Assembly: GCA_050293845.1 (NCBI GenBank)
Contig: JBNKNM010000092.1
Location: 1 to 20,121 of the forward strand
Direction: 5' to 3'
Source: Pseudobacteriovorax sp.
GTDB taxonomy: Bacteria > Bdellovibrionota_B > Oligoflexia > Oligoflexales > Oligoflexaceae
DNA length: 20,121 bases
This document shows, in pieces, positions 7,167 through 15,161 of this stretch. Position numbers and translations under genes: made by a program. The notes under the pieces were generated by a model, which ran no database searches, was not told the DNA's origin, and was given only the letters and a program-made list of their open reading frames with translations. How positions within the stretch are numbered: the stretch's first letter is position 1; every line of letters begins with the position of its first letter.

Positions 7167-9407
7167 ATGGAAGCAAAACTTAGCTATAATCAAACAAACT
7201 TTCGTATTCGCCTGCATGTAATTGCAAAACATGCATGGAACGATGATATTGATCCTGAAAATTTTATCCATAAAACCCGTAACAAATTGGATCATTTAGT
7301 TGAATTGGGAGACATTGACATTTACTATGTTTTTTCTTACCAATTCTTGCAATTTTGGCGGAACCTTAAAATGATCCCCAAGGATAACGACAGTCTCATA
7401 ACTTTCGATTTAGGCTTTGGAGCTAAGAAAATCGATATGCAACTGGGCCCGGGGAATAAAAATAACTATGCCTTTATAAAGAAAGTTCAAGAGGATTATT
7501 CAGGAATTTCATTTGAAAATTTTATGGTAAATGTGCTTTGTCGTTTAAAAGAAATTGAACTAGATCGGTATGCTTACGATCTCGGCATAAGAGCTGCTTA
7601 CTATCGTTGGGTGCGCAATAATCTGATTACACCGTACCCCCTAAGCAATAAAAAAAATCAACCACTCCAGGCATTGGATGTGAGTGCTACAGTTAACAAA
7701 AGCTTAAAAGAAGGATATCTATATGTAACTCATCCCTCCTATTTTAAATCTAAAGAGGGTTTAAAGGAATTATATGGTAAAGCCAAGGCCATGATGCCAA
7801 AAATTAAGTCGCAGTTTGCAAATTCTATATTCTTAAGTTCTGAGCTGATGAAAGAGTTCAAAGAAGAACTTACTAGGATCACCAGCATGGGAATTGATTT
7901 ACCAAAAGTATTTGTATTTGCCATTGATGATCCCAAAAGAAATAAAAAGAAAAAAGCCAATAGCCATAAATTACTTAAAAATCCAAATGACTGTTTTTTA
8001 AAAATTTCTGTGGATGATTTGGCGATGGAAGCCACCATAACAGGTTGTAGCAAGAATGTATTAACCCCAGCTTTTACTATTGATGAATCAGCTTTTATAA
8101 AAGAGCTTCAGTCACATGGGATTGTCTATGGTTATGCAGAATTCATGCAAGGGATTATCGGACGTATTAACAACAATGAAGAACTTAATGGAGAAGTGAT
8201 TGCTGAAGGATTGCATCCCAAGCCAGGAAGTCTTCCTTACCTTCATGTCACACACCTTGAAACTGAACTTGAGCACCAAGAAGGTGTCGATATCAGATCA
8301 ACCCAAAATCGTTTCGTAGTTGATCCCGGTGAAATTATTGCCGAAGCTCGCTTTCAGGATGGTAAAAGCGGCCTGGATGTTTTTGGTAAAGAAGTTCATG
8401 CTATAGCAGATTCAGAAGCTTTCAAAGTACGCCTAGGAAAAAATGTTACATACGATTCTCAGGGTAGAATTGCTTCTAAAATTCATGGTATGCCCTATAT
8501 TTTTAATAATAAGGTCGATTGCTCTCCTGTTTTTATTCATCAAGGGGATATCAACTTAAGCTCAGGAAATCTGGAGTTTGATGGATCCGCAGAGGTTCGG
8601 GGAAATATTGAAAGTGGAGCCAGTGTCACGGTTACGGAAAACCTGATTGTGACGGGTACTATAGGGCAAGCCTTCATCAATTGCCACGGCAACCTTATTG
8701 TTAAGGGAGGGATTGTAACCTCTGAGCGTGGATTAGTAGAAGTTGGAGGCAGACTGCAGGCGGAATTTGTAGAGAATTCTCGGATTACGGTGGGTGGCGA
8801 TATGGTCATTAGCCAGTCAGTGATTAACAGCAATGTGATTGTGGGCGGTAAGTTACATGTGACTGCTCCGCGCAGTGGTGTGATAGGTGGTGGTGTCATT
8901 AGCGCTAGGGAAAGGGTCATAACCGGCAGTTTGGGGTTTGAAGAAGGGCAAAAGACCATTTGTCGGATCGGTGTGGACTGGGTTTTCGAAAGGAAGATCA
9001 CCATTCAAAAAGATCGTTTAGTAAGAGTAGCTGATATAGAACAAAAGGAAACTAAGATTCTAAATGAGCTTAAAAAACAAACCTCCCTCAGGCAAGATGC
9101 ACGTAAAATCGAACAGCGGGACAAACTGCAGAAAAGGCTCGATCGTATTGGTCCCATTCGGCGGAAAATTGAAGCTAAAATTAAGCTTTTCCAAAGTCAG
9201 TTAACCTGGAATCGGGACGCTATTCTCATTGTCAATAATTTGCTAAGTCCTAATAGTGAGATTAATGTAGGTAACAAAGTCATCCCAGTGGGGCAGCAGT
9301 TAAAGGCTGTGATTTTAACCTACCATAAGCTCAGAAATGGGCGTACCAACCCGATTGAATACCTTAGCGATTTCGAGAATCGCATTTCAGGACCTAAGGC
9401 CTCGTAA
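7167..9407 (+). CDS. FapA family (DUF342) protein with a long N-terminal extension
   Basis: LKISVDDLAMEA, GIVYG, VIAEGLHPKPG, VDPGEIIAE, GLDVFGKEV, GDINLSSGNLEFDGSAEVRGNI, beta-helix-like Gly/Val repeats, GVIGGG and a C-terminal coiled coil follow the DUF342 layout. Confidence 0.85.
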   Translation: MEAKLSYNQTNFRIRLHVIAKHAWNDDIDPENFIHKTRNKLDHLVELGDIDIYYVFSYQFLQFWRNLKMIPKDNDSLITFDLGFGAKKIDMQLGPGNKNNYAFIKKVQEDYSGISFENFMVNVLCRLKEIELDRYAYDLGIRAAYYRWVRNNLITPYPLSNKKNQPLQALDVSATVNKSLKEGYLYVTHPSYFKSKEGLKELYGKAKAMMPKIKSQFANSIFLSSELMKEFKEELTRITSMGIDLPKVFVFAIDDPKRNKKKKANSHKLLKNPNDCFLKISVDDLAMEATITGCSKNVLTPAFTIDESAFIKELQSHGIVYGYAEFMQGIIGRINNNEELNGEVIAEGLHPKPGSLPYLHVTHLETELEHQEGVDIRSTQNRFVVDPGEIIAEARFQDGKSGLDVFGKEVHAIADSEAFKVRLGKNVTYDSQGRIASKIHGMPYIFNNKVDCSPVFIHQGDINLSSGNLEFDGSAEVRGNIESGASVTVTENLIVTGTIGQAFINCHGNLIVKGGIVTSERGLVEVGGRLQAEFVENSRITVGGDMVISQSVINSNVIVGGKLHVTAPRSGVIGGGVISARERVITGSLGFEEGQKTICRIGVDWVFERKITIQKDRLVRVADIEQKETKILNELKKQTSLRQDARKIEQRDKLQKRLDRIGPIRRKIEAKIKLFQSQLTWNRDAILIVNNLLSPNSEINVGNKVIPVGQQLKAVILTYHKLRNGRTNPIEYLSDFENRISGPKAS

Positions 9408-9525
9408 TTAAGCTCAGATTAGATCTGAAATATTTACCTAAATTTTGAGATATTTTGTAAATGTATAAGCTTTATGCTTATTTGTTTACTTTACAGCCTC
9501 TCCGAGAATCGGAAACATATGCGGC

Positions 9526-10248
9526 TTATAGATAGTAGACCAATTTGGGATCGTCATTCTGGCTTTTTAGGATATATTTTTCAAGCCTTTTTTGTGAGTC
9601 TCCTTGGAATTCCTTGAATCTTACCCCTAAACCTGGGAGGGTGTTTCGATGACCGTCGGCATCAATCCTTCTTACTACTTCTCCCTCAACGCGAATGGGT
9701 TTCTTATAGCCAGGAATGGAAAAAGACAAACACAGTAAAGTGCTTGGCTGAATGTTTATATTGGTTTCTAAGAGCACTCCTGACTTTGAGATATCTTGGA
9801 TATTGCACTCTATAACTTTGCCTTCATATTCAAATTCCACGGCACCAACGTGAGAGACGCGGTCGGTATCTCTAATTTTTTCTTCCAGCAAATTGCGAAT
9901 TTTTTCGATAAAATATTGGCGAGGAATTGGTTGCTCAATAAAGAGGTCAGGCCCAAAATCATTTTTAAGGATTTTCTTGGGAACATTTTGAACACTTGTT
10001 AAAACAACCGGCTTGTCAGGCATGGTCCGCTTAAAGTGCTCGCAAATGGTCATGGCATCTACTTGCTTAAAATCGTAGTTAATCACAATAACACTGATAT
10101 CTACTAATTTTGAGAGCTTTTCTTGGGCTTCACTGAATGTGGTTGCTTGGAACATTTGTGCCCCAATTTTTCGATAACCTGCCTTGTCAAGATCAGAGGT
10201 AATGCGTTTTTCATCTATAGAAAGGATCTTCAGAGTGGTGTTCCCCAT
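9526..10248 (-). CDS. Atypical receiver domain plus PilZ domain (c-di-GMP effector candidate)
   Basis: N-terminal receiver-fold pattern (KILSIDE...VIVINYD...PVVLTS...FIEQP); PilZ motifs RDTDR (RxxxR) and DISKSG (D/NxSxxG), GEVVR, GLGVRF; RBS AGGAG. Confidence 0.88.
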   Translation of the reverse strand: MGNTTLKILSIDEKRITSDLDKAGYRKIGAQMFQATTFSEAQEKLSKLVDISVIVINYDFKQVDAMTICEHFKRTMPDKPVVLTSVQNVPKKILKNDFGPDLFIEQPIPRQYFIEKIRNLLEEKIRDTDRVSHVGAVEFEYEGKVIECNIQDISKSGVLLETNINIQPSTLLCLSFSIPGYKKPIRVEGEVVRRIDADGHRNTLPGLGVRFKEFQGDSQKRLEKYILKSQNDDPKLVYYL

Positions 10249-10362
10249 GATTTCCGTGTCTCCTAGGTTCTACTGCACGATTAAGTTGTGATATGAGCTG
10301 CACAGATCTCGCATCGGAACTAGAGGATTTTGCATTAGGAAAATTTACATCTTTTCGATATC

Positions 10363-10392
10363 TTGTTGAAATCGTGCCAAATTTTGTATAAT
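10363..10392 (+). promoter_or_regulatory. Candidate sigma-70 promoter for tlyA
   Basis: Perfect TATAAT at 10387-10392; possible -35 elements TTGTTG (18-bp spacer) or TTGAAA (15-bp spacer). Confidence 0.3.
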
Positions 10393-10423
10393 TCATAATG
10401 GCATATAAAATCGGTGGCTAGGG

Positions 10424-11170
10424 ATGAAAGAAAAGAATAAGAAAATTAGCCTTTTAAACTTGATGATACAGAGAGGGCTTGCTGTTAATGAAGATCAAGC
10501 TCGCGGCTTAATTATGGCAGGCCAAGTCATTGTAGATGACCAAAGGGTGGATAAGCCCGGTAAATTAATATCGAGCTTAGCACAATTGCGCGTCAAGGGG
10601 CAGAACCCTTATGTGTCTAGGGGAGGAGCCAAGCTTGCCGGAGCTGTGGCTGATTTAGGTCTCGCATCAGAGTTTAATAATTCTGTCGTTCTTGATGTAG
10701 GAGCTTCAACAGGAGGGTTTACAGACTGTTCTTTACAGTTGGGAGCCAGATATGTCTATGCCGTTGATGTTGGTACCAATCAGCTAGCATGGAAACTGCG
10801 CAATCATCCCCGCATAAAGTCTATGGAAAAAACAGATATTAGAACTTTTGAGTCATGTATTGATTCTGAAATCTCTATTGTTGTGGCTGACGTGAGTTTT
10901 ACGAGTCTATCCAATGTCCTACCCTCCATTTTAAGGGCGAGTCCCAAGTCCGGGGTAAGATATTTACTTCTCATTAAACCGCAGTTCGAATTAGATCCTT
11001 CCTTAGTGCCAGTCGGGGGAATAGTTGCTGATGAAGGCTTAAGGCAATTGGCGGTAAATCATGTAATCGCTACCTTAGCACATCTTAGATTCCTAAACCC
11101 GACTGTTATTGAGAGCAAAGTAGCAGGCAGAAATGGCAACAAGGAGGTCTTTATTTTTTTTCAAAATTAG
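10424..11170 (+). CDS. tlyA: TlyA-family rRNA 2'-O-methyltransferase (S4 plus FtsJ domain)
   Basis: LIMAGQV, DKPG, YVSRGGAKL, LDVGASTGGFTD, VYAVDVGTNQL, DVSFTSL, LIKPQFE, GRNGNKE. Confidence 0.93.
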   Translation: MKEKNKKISLLNLMIQRGLAVNEDQARGLIMAGQVIVDDQRVDKPGKLISSLAQLRVKGQNPYVSRGGAKLAGAVADLGLASEFNNSVVLDVGASTGGFTDCSLQLGARYVYAVDVGTNQLAWKLRNHPRIKSMEKTDIRTFESCIDSEISIVVADVSFTSLSNVLPSILRASPKSGVRYLLLIKPQFELDPSLVPVGGIVADEGLRQLAVNHVIATLAHLRFLNPTVIESKVAGRNGNKEVFIFFQN

Positions 11171-11191
11171 AAACCCGGGATCTGAACTCCT

Positions 11192-12640
11192 TTAGAACTT
11201 TCTGGCGATTTCAGCAATTAATGCTACTCCATATCCAGTACCGAGGCCGGACACGGTTGCCGAGGGTCCCGCAAGGTCGATATGGAGCCAGGGAACTTCC
11301 AGGTCTTCAATATGATTGAAAATAAATTGAGCTGCACAACTCGATTGGGCATTCAATCGATTCTTAACAGAGTTTTTCATATCTGCCACAAGGCTCTTAA
11401 ATTCCTTTTTAAGAAATTCAGGAGCAAAAGGTAAGGGGGCCACAAGGTCTCCAGAGATTTGACCACTGGCTTTTGCTAAATCTTCAAGCTTATCCTCATT
11501 GGTAACTACAGCACAGTGGTGAATGCCGGTAGCAATCATCTGCGCTCCCGTGAGCGTGGCTGCGTCAATGATAAGGTCGGGTTTATAGTTACGACCCAAA
11601 TAGGATACACAGTCGGCTAACACGATACGGCCTTCAGCATCTGTATTGTTAACTTCAACAGTTTTTCCTGAATGCATTTCAATGATGTCGTCGTTGCGAA
11701 AGGCCTCAGGTCCAATAGCGTTTTCGACAATTCCCAAAGCGGCAATCACCCTAAATTTAACCTTGCATTGAACTAGTGTAGCAAAAGCTCCGACAACTGC
11801 AGCTGCACCACCTAAGTCAGACTTCATACCGATCATTGATCCTGATATCTTCAGACTTAACCCTCCAGAATCGTAGGTGACACCTTTACCTGCTAGGGCT
11901 ACCGTCTTTTGAGCTGACTCTGGGTTATAATCCAGTAGCAGAAGCCGAGGGTCTTCAGGGGCGCATTTACCGACAGCGTAGATACCACCAAGTTTTTCCT
12001 GAATTAGGTCTTGACCTTGAATTTCCTTGATTGTAACGCTTTGATTATCCTTAAACAGGTTTTTGATCTCAACCGAGAAGTCTTTGGGGTCCATTTCTGC
12101 CGGAGCTGTGTCCACAATTTTGCAAGCCCAGCTAACTGATGCGGCAGTTGATTTTACTTCTGCCGATGGTGTAACGATACTCCCATCTTCAAGACAGGCT
12201 ACAATATGAAAATGTTTTTGTGGAACCTTTCCCGACTTTTTATTGTAAAGCCTTTCACGTCTGGCGATTGCGGCTGCCGCTGCGGGGTAGTGCAAAGGGT
12301 CATCTAGCAGTAAGATGATGGCACTTTGGTCATAGTGCTCGATCTCCTCACTAAACTGGTAGATCCATTGCTTCCGTGTCGGACTATTTCCCCTTGATAC
12401 CTTGTTAGGTAGCACTCCAAAGCTGACGGTTTTAGTCGTTTGGTTTGCGGTATAGGTTTTTATTTTTTTTCCATTGATGCTAGTTGTTCCTTTTTGCAGT
12501 TCATGATCTACCAATTGCCAAAAGGATTCGTCAAGAATATCAGCATATATTCTTTTCTTAAAAGCTTTTTCGGGAGCTATAAAGGTTAAGTGCTCAGCAT
12601 TTTTGAGCGCAGTCGAGATTGATTTATGAAACTTTAACAT
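11192..12640 (-). CDS. M17 leucyl-aminopeptidase family protein, NPEPL1-like
   Basis: GKGVTYDSGGLSLK, MKSDLGGAAAV, ENAIGP, GKTVEVNNTDAEGRIVLAD, DAATLTGAQ, VADMKNS, WLHIDLAG, TGYGV. Confidence 0.92.
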   Translation of the reverse strand: MLKFHKSISTALKNAEHLTFIAPEKAFKKRIYADILDESFWQLVDHELQKGTTSINGKKIKTYTANQTTKTVSFGVLPNKVSRGNSPTRKQWIYQFSEEIEHYDQSAIILLLDDPLHYPAAAAAIARRERLYNKKSGKVPQKHFHIVACLEDGSIVTPSAEVKSTAASVSWACKIVDTAPAEMDPKDFSVEIKNLFKDNQSVTIKEIQGQDLIQEKLGGIYAVGKCAPEDPRLLLLDYNPESAQKTVALAGKGVTYDSGGLSLKISGSMIGMKSDLGGAAAVVGAFATLVQCKVKFRVIAALGIVENAIGPEAFRNDDIIEMHSGKTVEVNNTDAEGRIVLADCVSYLGRNYKPDLIIDAATLTGAQMIATGIHHCAVVTNEDKLEDLAKASGQISGDLVAPLPFAPEFLKKEFKSLVADMKNSVKNRLNAQSSCAAQFIFNHIEDLEVPWLHIDLAGPSATVSGLGTGYGVALIAEIARKF

Positions 12641-12656
12641 CCAAACCTCTTCAAAT

Positions 12657-13490
12657 TCATTTTAGGATATTGATGATATCAATAAGTGGTAAGTGATTTT
12701 CAAACATAGCTCCATGAAGATAGGGCATAAGAATGGGTTTTGGTGAATAGCCAACGCAAATTCCTGCTTCTTTCAGCATTGGCAAATCATTAGCTCCATC
12801 TCCTACTGCCAAACATTCTCTCGGGTCTATTGCAAGTGTCTTGCATGTTTCTAAAAGAAAGGTCTTCTTCATGGCGCTATCAACAATGGGATCTATCGTG
12901 TTCCCTGTCAATATATTGTCTTTAATTTCTAGGCAGTTTGCCATGAATCCTGAAAATCCAAGCTTTTCCGCTACTCTTTTGGCAAAACGCTGAAAACCAC
13001 CGCTAATCAGAAAAAGTTTAATATCTCTTTCTTTACAGGCTTGGCAAAAGGTTTCGAGGCCTGGGTTTATGGTTAAACGTTCGTGGACTTTTTCTAGTTC
13101 TCCAACATGGAGCCCCTGCAATGTTTCCACTCGGAGTTTCAGGGCTTCTCGAAAATCTAAAGTGCCTGCCATGGCGCGGCTGGTGATAGCTTCTACCTGC
13201 TGGCTACTGCCAGCAACTCTAGCGATTTCGACTATAGTTTCTTGTCCTATAACTGTGGCATCCATATCAAAAAATACAGCTTTGATAGGAACGACTTCGT
13301 GGAGAATGCAAGATATTTTTTCTTCATTAAGTTGGCGTACTTTTTCCATGTAGGGTATGACTGTCTGGTCGGTTTCCCATCGGAAAAGTGCTAGGTCAGA
13401 ATACGGTGAAGAAGAAGTATCAGCCTGCTGCAGTTCCGTGCCAAAATATTTTTTAAAACGAGAATCGCAGATAACTTGATATTTTGGCAT
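12657..13490 (-). CDS. serB: Phosphoserine phosphatase (HAD superfamily)
   Basis: FDMDATVIGQETIVE, ITSRAMAGTLDFREALKLRV, ISGGF, AVGDGANDLPML; 16 bp upstream of the aminopeptidase gene. Confidence 0.88.
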   Translation of the reverse strand: MPKYQVICDSRFKKYFGTELQQADTSSSPYSDLALFRWETDQTVIPYMEKVRQLNEEKISCILHEVVPIKAVFFDMDATVIGQETIVEIARVAGSSQQVEAITSRAMAGTLDFREALKLRVETLQGLHVGELEKVHERLTINPGLETFCQACKERDIKLFLISGGFQRFAKRVAEKLGFSGFMANCLEIKDNILTGNTIDPIVDSAMKKTFLLETCKTLAIDPRECLAVGDGANDLPMLKEAGICVGYSPKPILMPYLHGAMFENHLPLIDIINILK

Positions 13491-13574
13491 AGGTCGCGCT
13501 CACCTTAAAGTAAAAAAAACAATCTACAGTTTTGTGGAGATGCTTTCAAGAAGTGTCGCGTAAACCTTTCACAA

Positions 13575-13673
13575 GAGGACGGAGCGGGCAAAGGTAGATA
13601 CTTTGACCGAAATGAAGCTCAGAAAAATAGGTGTGATACAATCTGCTAAAACGTGACCCCGCTCCCGATCCTC
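13575..13673. other. Approx. 100-nt element closed by a GC-rich imperfect inverted repeat (candidate structured RNA)
   Basis: GAGGACGGAGCGGGCA pairs with TGACCCCGCTCCCGATCCTC (about 16 Watson-Crick pairs with bulges); internal hairpin CAAAG-N7-CTTTG. Confidence 0.45.
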
Positions 13674-13800
13674 AGTAAGTTTACTTGACGTTTAACCTAT
13701 TTAGGCTTCTTTGTGGAAATTATTTGTACTTGTCAACAACAATTAGTTCCACTTATATTCCCGATTTGTAGTCTTCAAGCTGGTTTTGGATTTGCAAAAC

Positions 13801-14727
13801 TCAGTTCCCTCTATACTTTTTTTCTAAATAAGTCTTGAGCCAATCATAGCAGAATTGCGCAGCTGGGCCTGCATTCCTTTTTTTCAGGCGGCAGATAGAT
13901 ATCTCACAGGTGATATCTTGCGGCGCTGTAATCGCTTTAATAGCGTTATTTTTGCCCATGGTATCGTTGGCAAGGGCTCTAGGTAGAAAGACAGCACCTA
14001 CTTTCGATTCTGCAAAGGTAGCTGCATCTAGGCAGTCCATCACAGTGGCGCGAATATTGATTTCATCCACTGTTTTATGAAATGCTGATTGAAGCCACGA
14101 CTGTAATAGAGCTCTATGATCAAAGTAGGAAATATAGGGAAGCTTGGCAAAATATTCACGGTCAAATTGATAAGGTCCCAGGTCATCCAAAAGTTCTGTA
14201 TGGCAAACTAGATCGAGCTTCTCATGAAATACTACTTCCTGACTGATTTGATGTGTTGTTGCTGCTATATCAGCAAAGGCAATATCAAGTTTACCCTGCT
14301 GTAGCATAGGGTAGATCTGAGCCACAAGGCCTGTTCTTAGTTCTAAGGTGATCTGCTGGTGGAGCTCTGCAAACTTGGCCGCTGCCGCAACCAGGGCTTG
14401 TTTACCAAAGGTGATTGGCAGGCCTATTCGTACTTTGCCTCGTGGTTCGTGGTCTTGCTGAGAGATCTCCCGTAATGCGCTTTCCAAATCCTCTAACCGG
14501 CGCGAGCACTCCTTATATAAGATCTCAGCTTCGTTGGTGGGAATGATACGCCGATTGATACGGTCAAAAAGTGTAATATTCAGGGTTTCTTCAAGGGATT
14601 TGATTTGTTGGCTAACACCTGACTGGGTCAGGTGAAGCTCTTTTGCAGCGTGGGTCATGCTGCGTGTACGATAAACAACAAGGAAGATGCGAAGGTAATT
14701 CAGATTGAGATGGTTTAAAAGGCTCAT
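13801..14727 (-). CDS. LysR-family transcriptional regulator
   Basis: LRIFLVVYRTRSMTHAAKELHLTQSGVSQQIKSLEETLNITLFDR HTH; RGKVRIG; GKLDIAF; 308 aa. Confidence 0.95.
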   Translation of the reverse strand: MSLLNHLNLNYLRIFLVVYRTRSMTHAAKELHLTQSGVSQQIKSLEETLNITLFDRINRRIIPTNEAEILYKECSRRLEDLESALREISQQDHEPRGKVRIGLPITFGKQALVAAAAKFAELHQQITLELRTGLVAQIYPMLQQGKLDIAFADIAATTHQISQEVVFHEKLDLVCHTELLDDLGPYQFDREYFAKLPYISYFDHRALLQSWLQSAFHKTVDEINIRATVMDCLDAATFAESKVGAVFLPRALANDTMGKNNAIKAITAPQDITCEISICRLKKRNAGPAAQFCYDWLKTYLEKKYRGN

Positions 14728-14757
14728 AAAGTAATTCTATAATAAGAGAAACAGCAA

Positions 14758-15021
14758 CTATGGAGCATATAAATTGGCCTCTGTGCGGATGCAATAGTAA
14801 AAGTGGGCAGCATCCAAAGCGTCTACCCAAATTGTATCATTTGTATAGTCATAATGTGCAGCGATATGCTTGCGATCAATGGCATCAAGGATGGTATCGG
14901 GATCTAGTTCGTAAAGGCTTGCCATCCCATCAATAGAAAGCTTTTTACCAGCATAGAGGTTAGGGTCGTGTCCCAGTTCATGAAGGGCAATACGGAAGGA
15001 AGCTTTGTCAACTTGAGGCAT
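14758..15021 (-). CDS. Hypothetical protein, 87 aa, excisionase/MerR-like HTH pattern
   Basis: RBS AGGAG 6 nt before the ATG; LSIDGMASLYELDPDTILDAIDRKHIAA resembles HTH_17 spacing; 30 bp upstream of the LysR gene. Confidence 0.75.
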   Translation of the reverse strand: MPQVDKASFRIALHELGHDPNLYAGKKLSIDGMASLYELDPDTILDAIDRKHIAAHYDYTNDTIWVDALDAAHFYYCIRTEANLYAP

Positions 15022-15099
15022 CGAGCGTCTCCTAAGAATTCATTATTCGGTACTCTTTTATTGTAGATATCTTTTTTGGAAATGGAACGGGTAAAGCTT

Positions 15100-15129
15100 G
15101 CAGTGTAAGGGCTTGCCCTAAATCACTGC
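15100..15129 (-). terminator. Stem-loop downstream of the DUF4301 gene (possible terminator or mRNA-stabilising hairpin)
   Basis: GCAGTG/CACTGC outer stem and AGGG/CCCT inner stem; U-tract is weak. Confidence 0.3.
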
Positions 15130-15161
15130 GGTCATCATGAACTTATCTATGGAGCCCACTC

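Noticed and set aside
10366..10382. TTGGCACG on the minus strand as a sigma-54 -24 box for the PilZ gene
   Set aside because: The -12 position reads CAAC rather than TTGC.
13534..13635. Plus-strand fragments resembling glycine (GGAGA...GAAG...CTTTCA...GGAC), SAM-I and c-di-GMP-I (GGGCAAA) riboswitches
   Set aside because: Each match is partial, and all are on the strand opposite serB, with only the 3' end of the LysR gene downstream.
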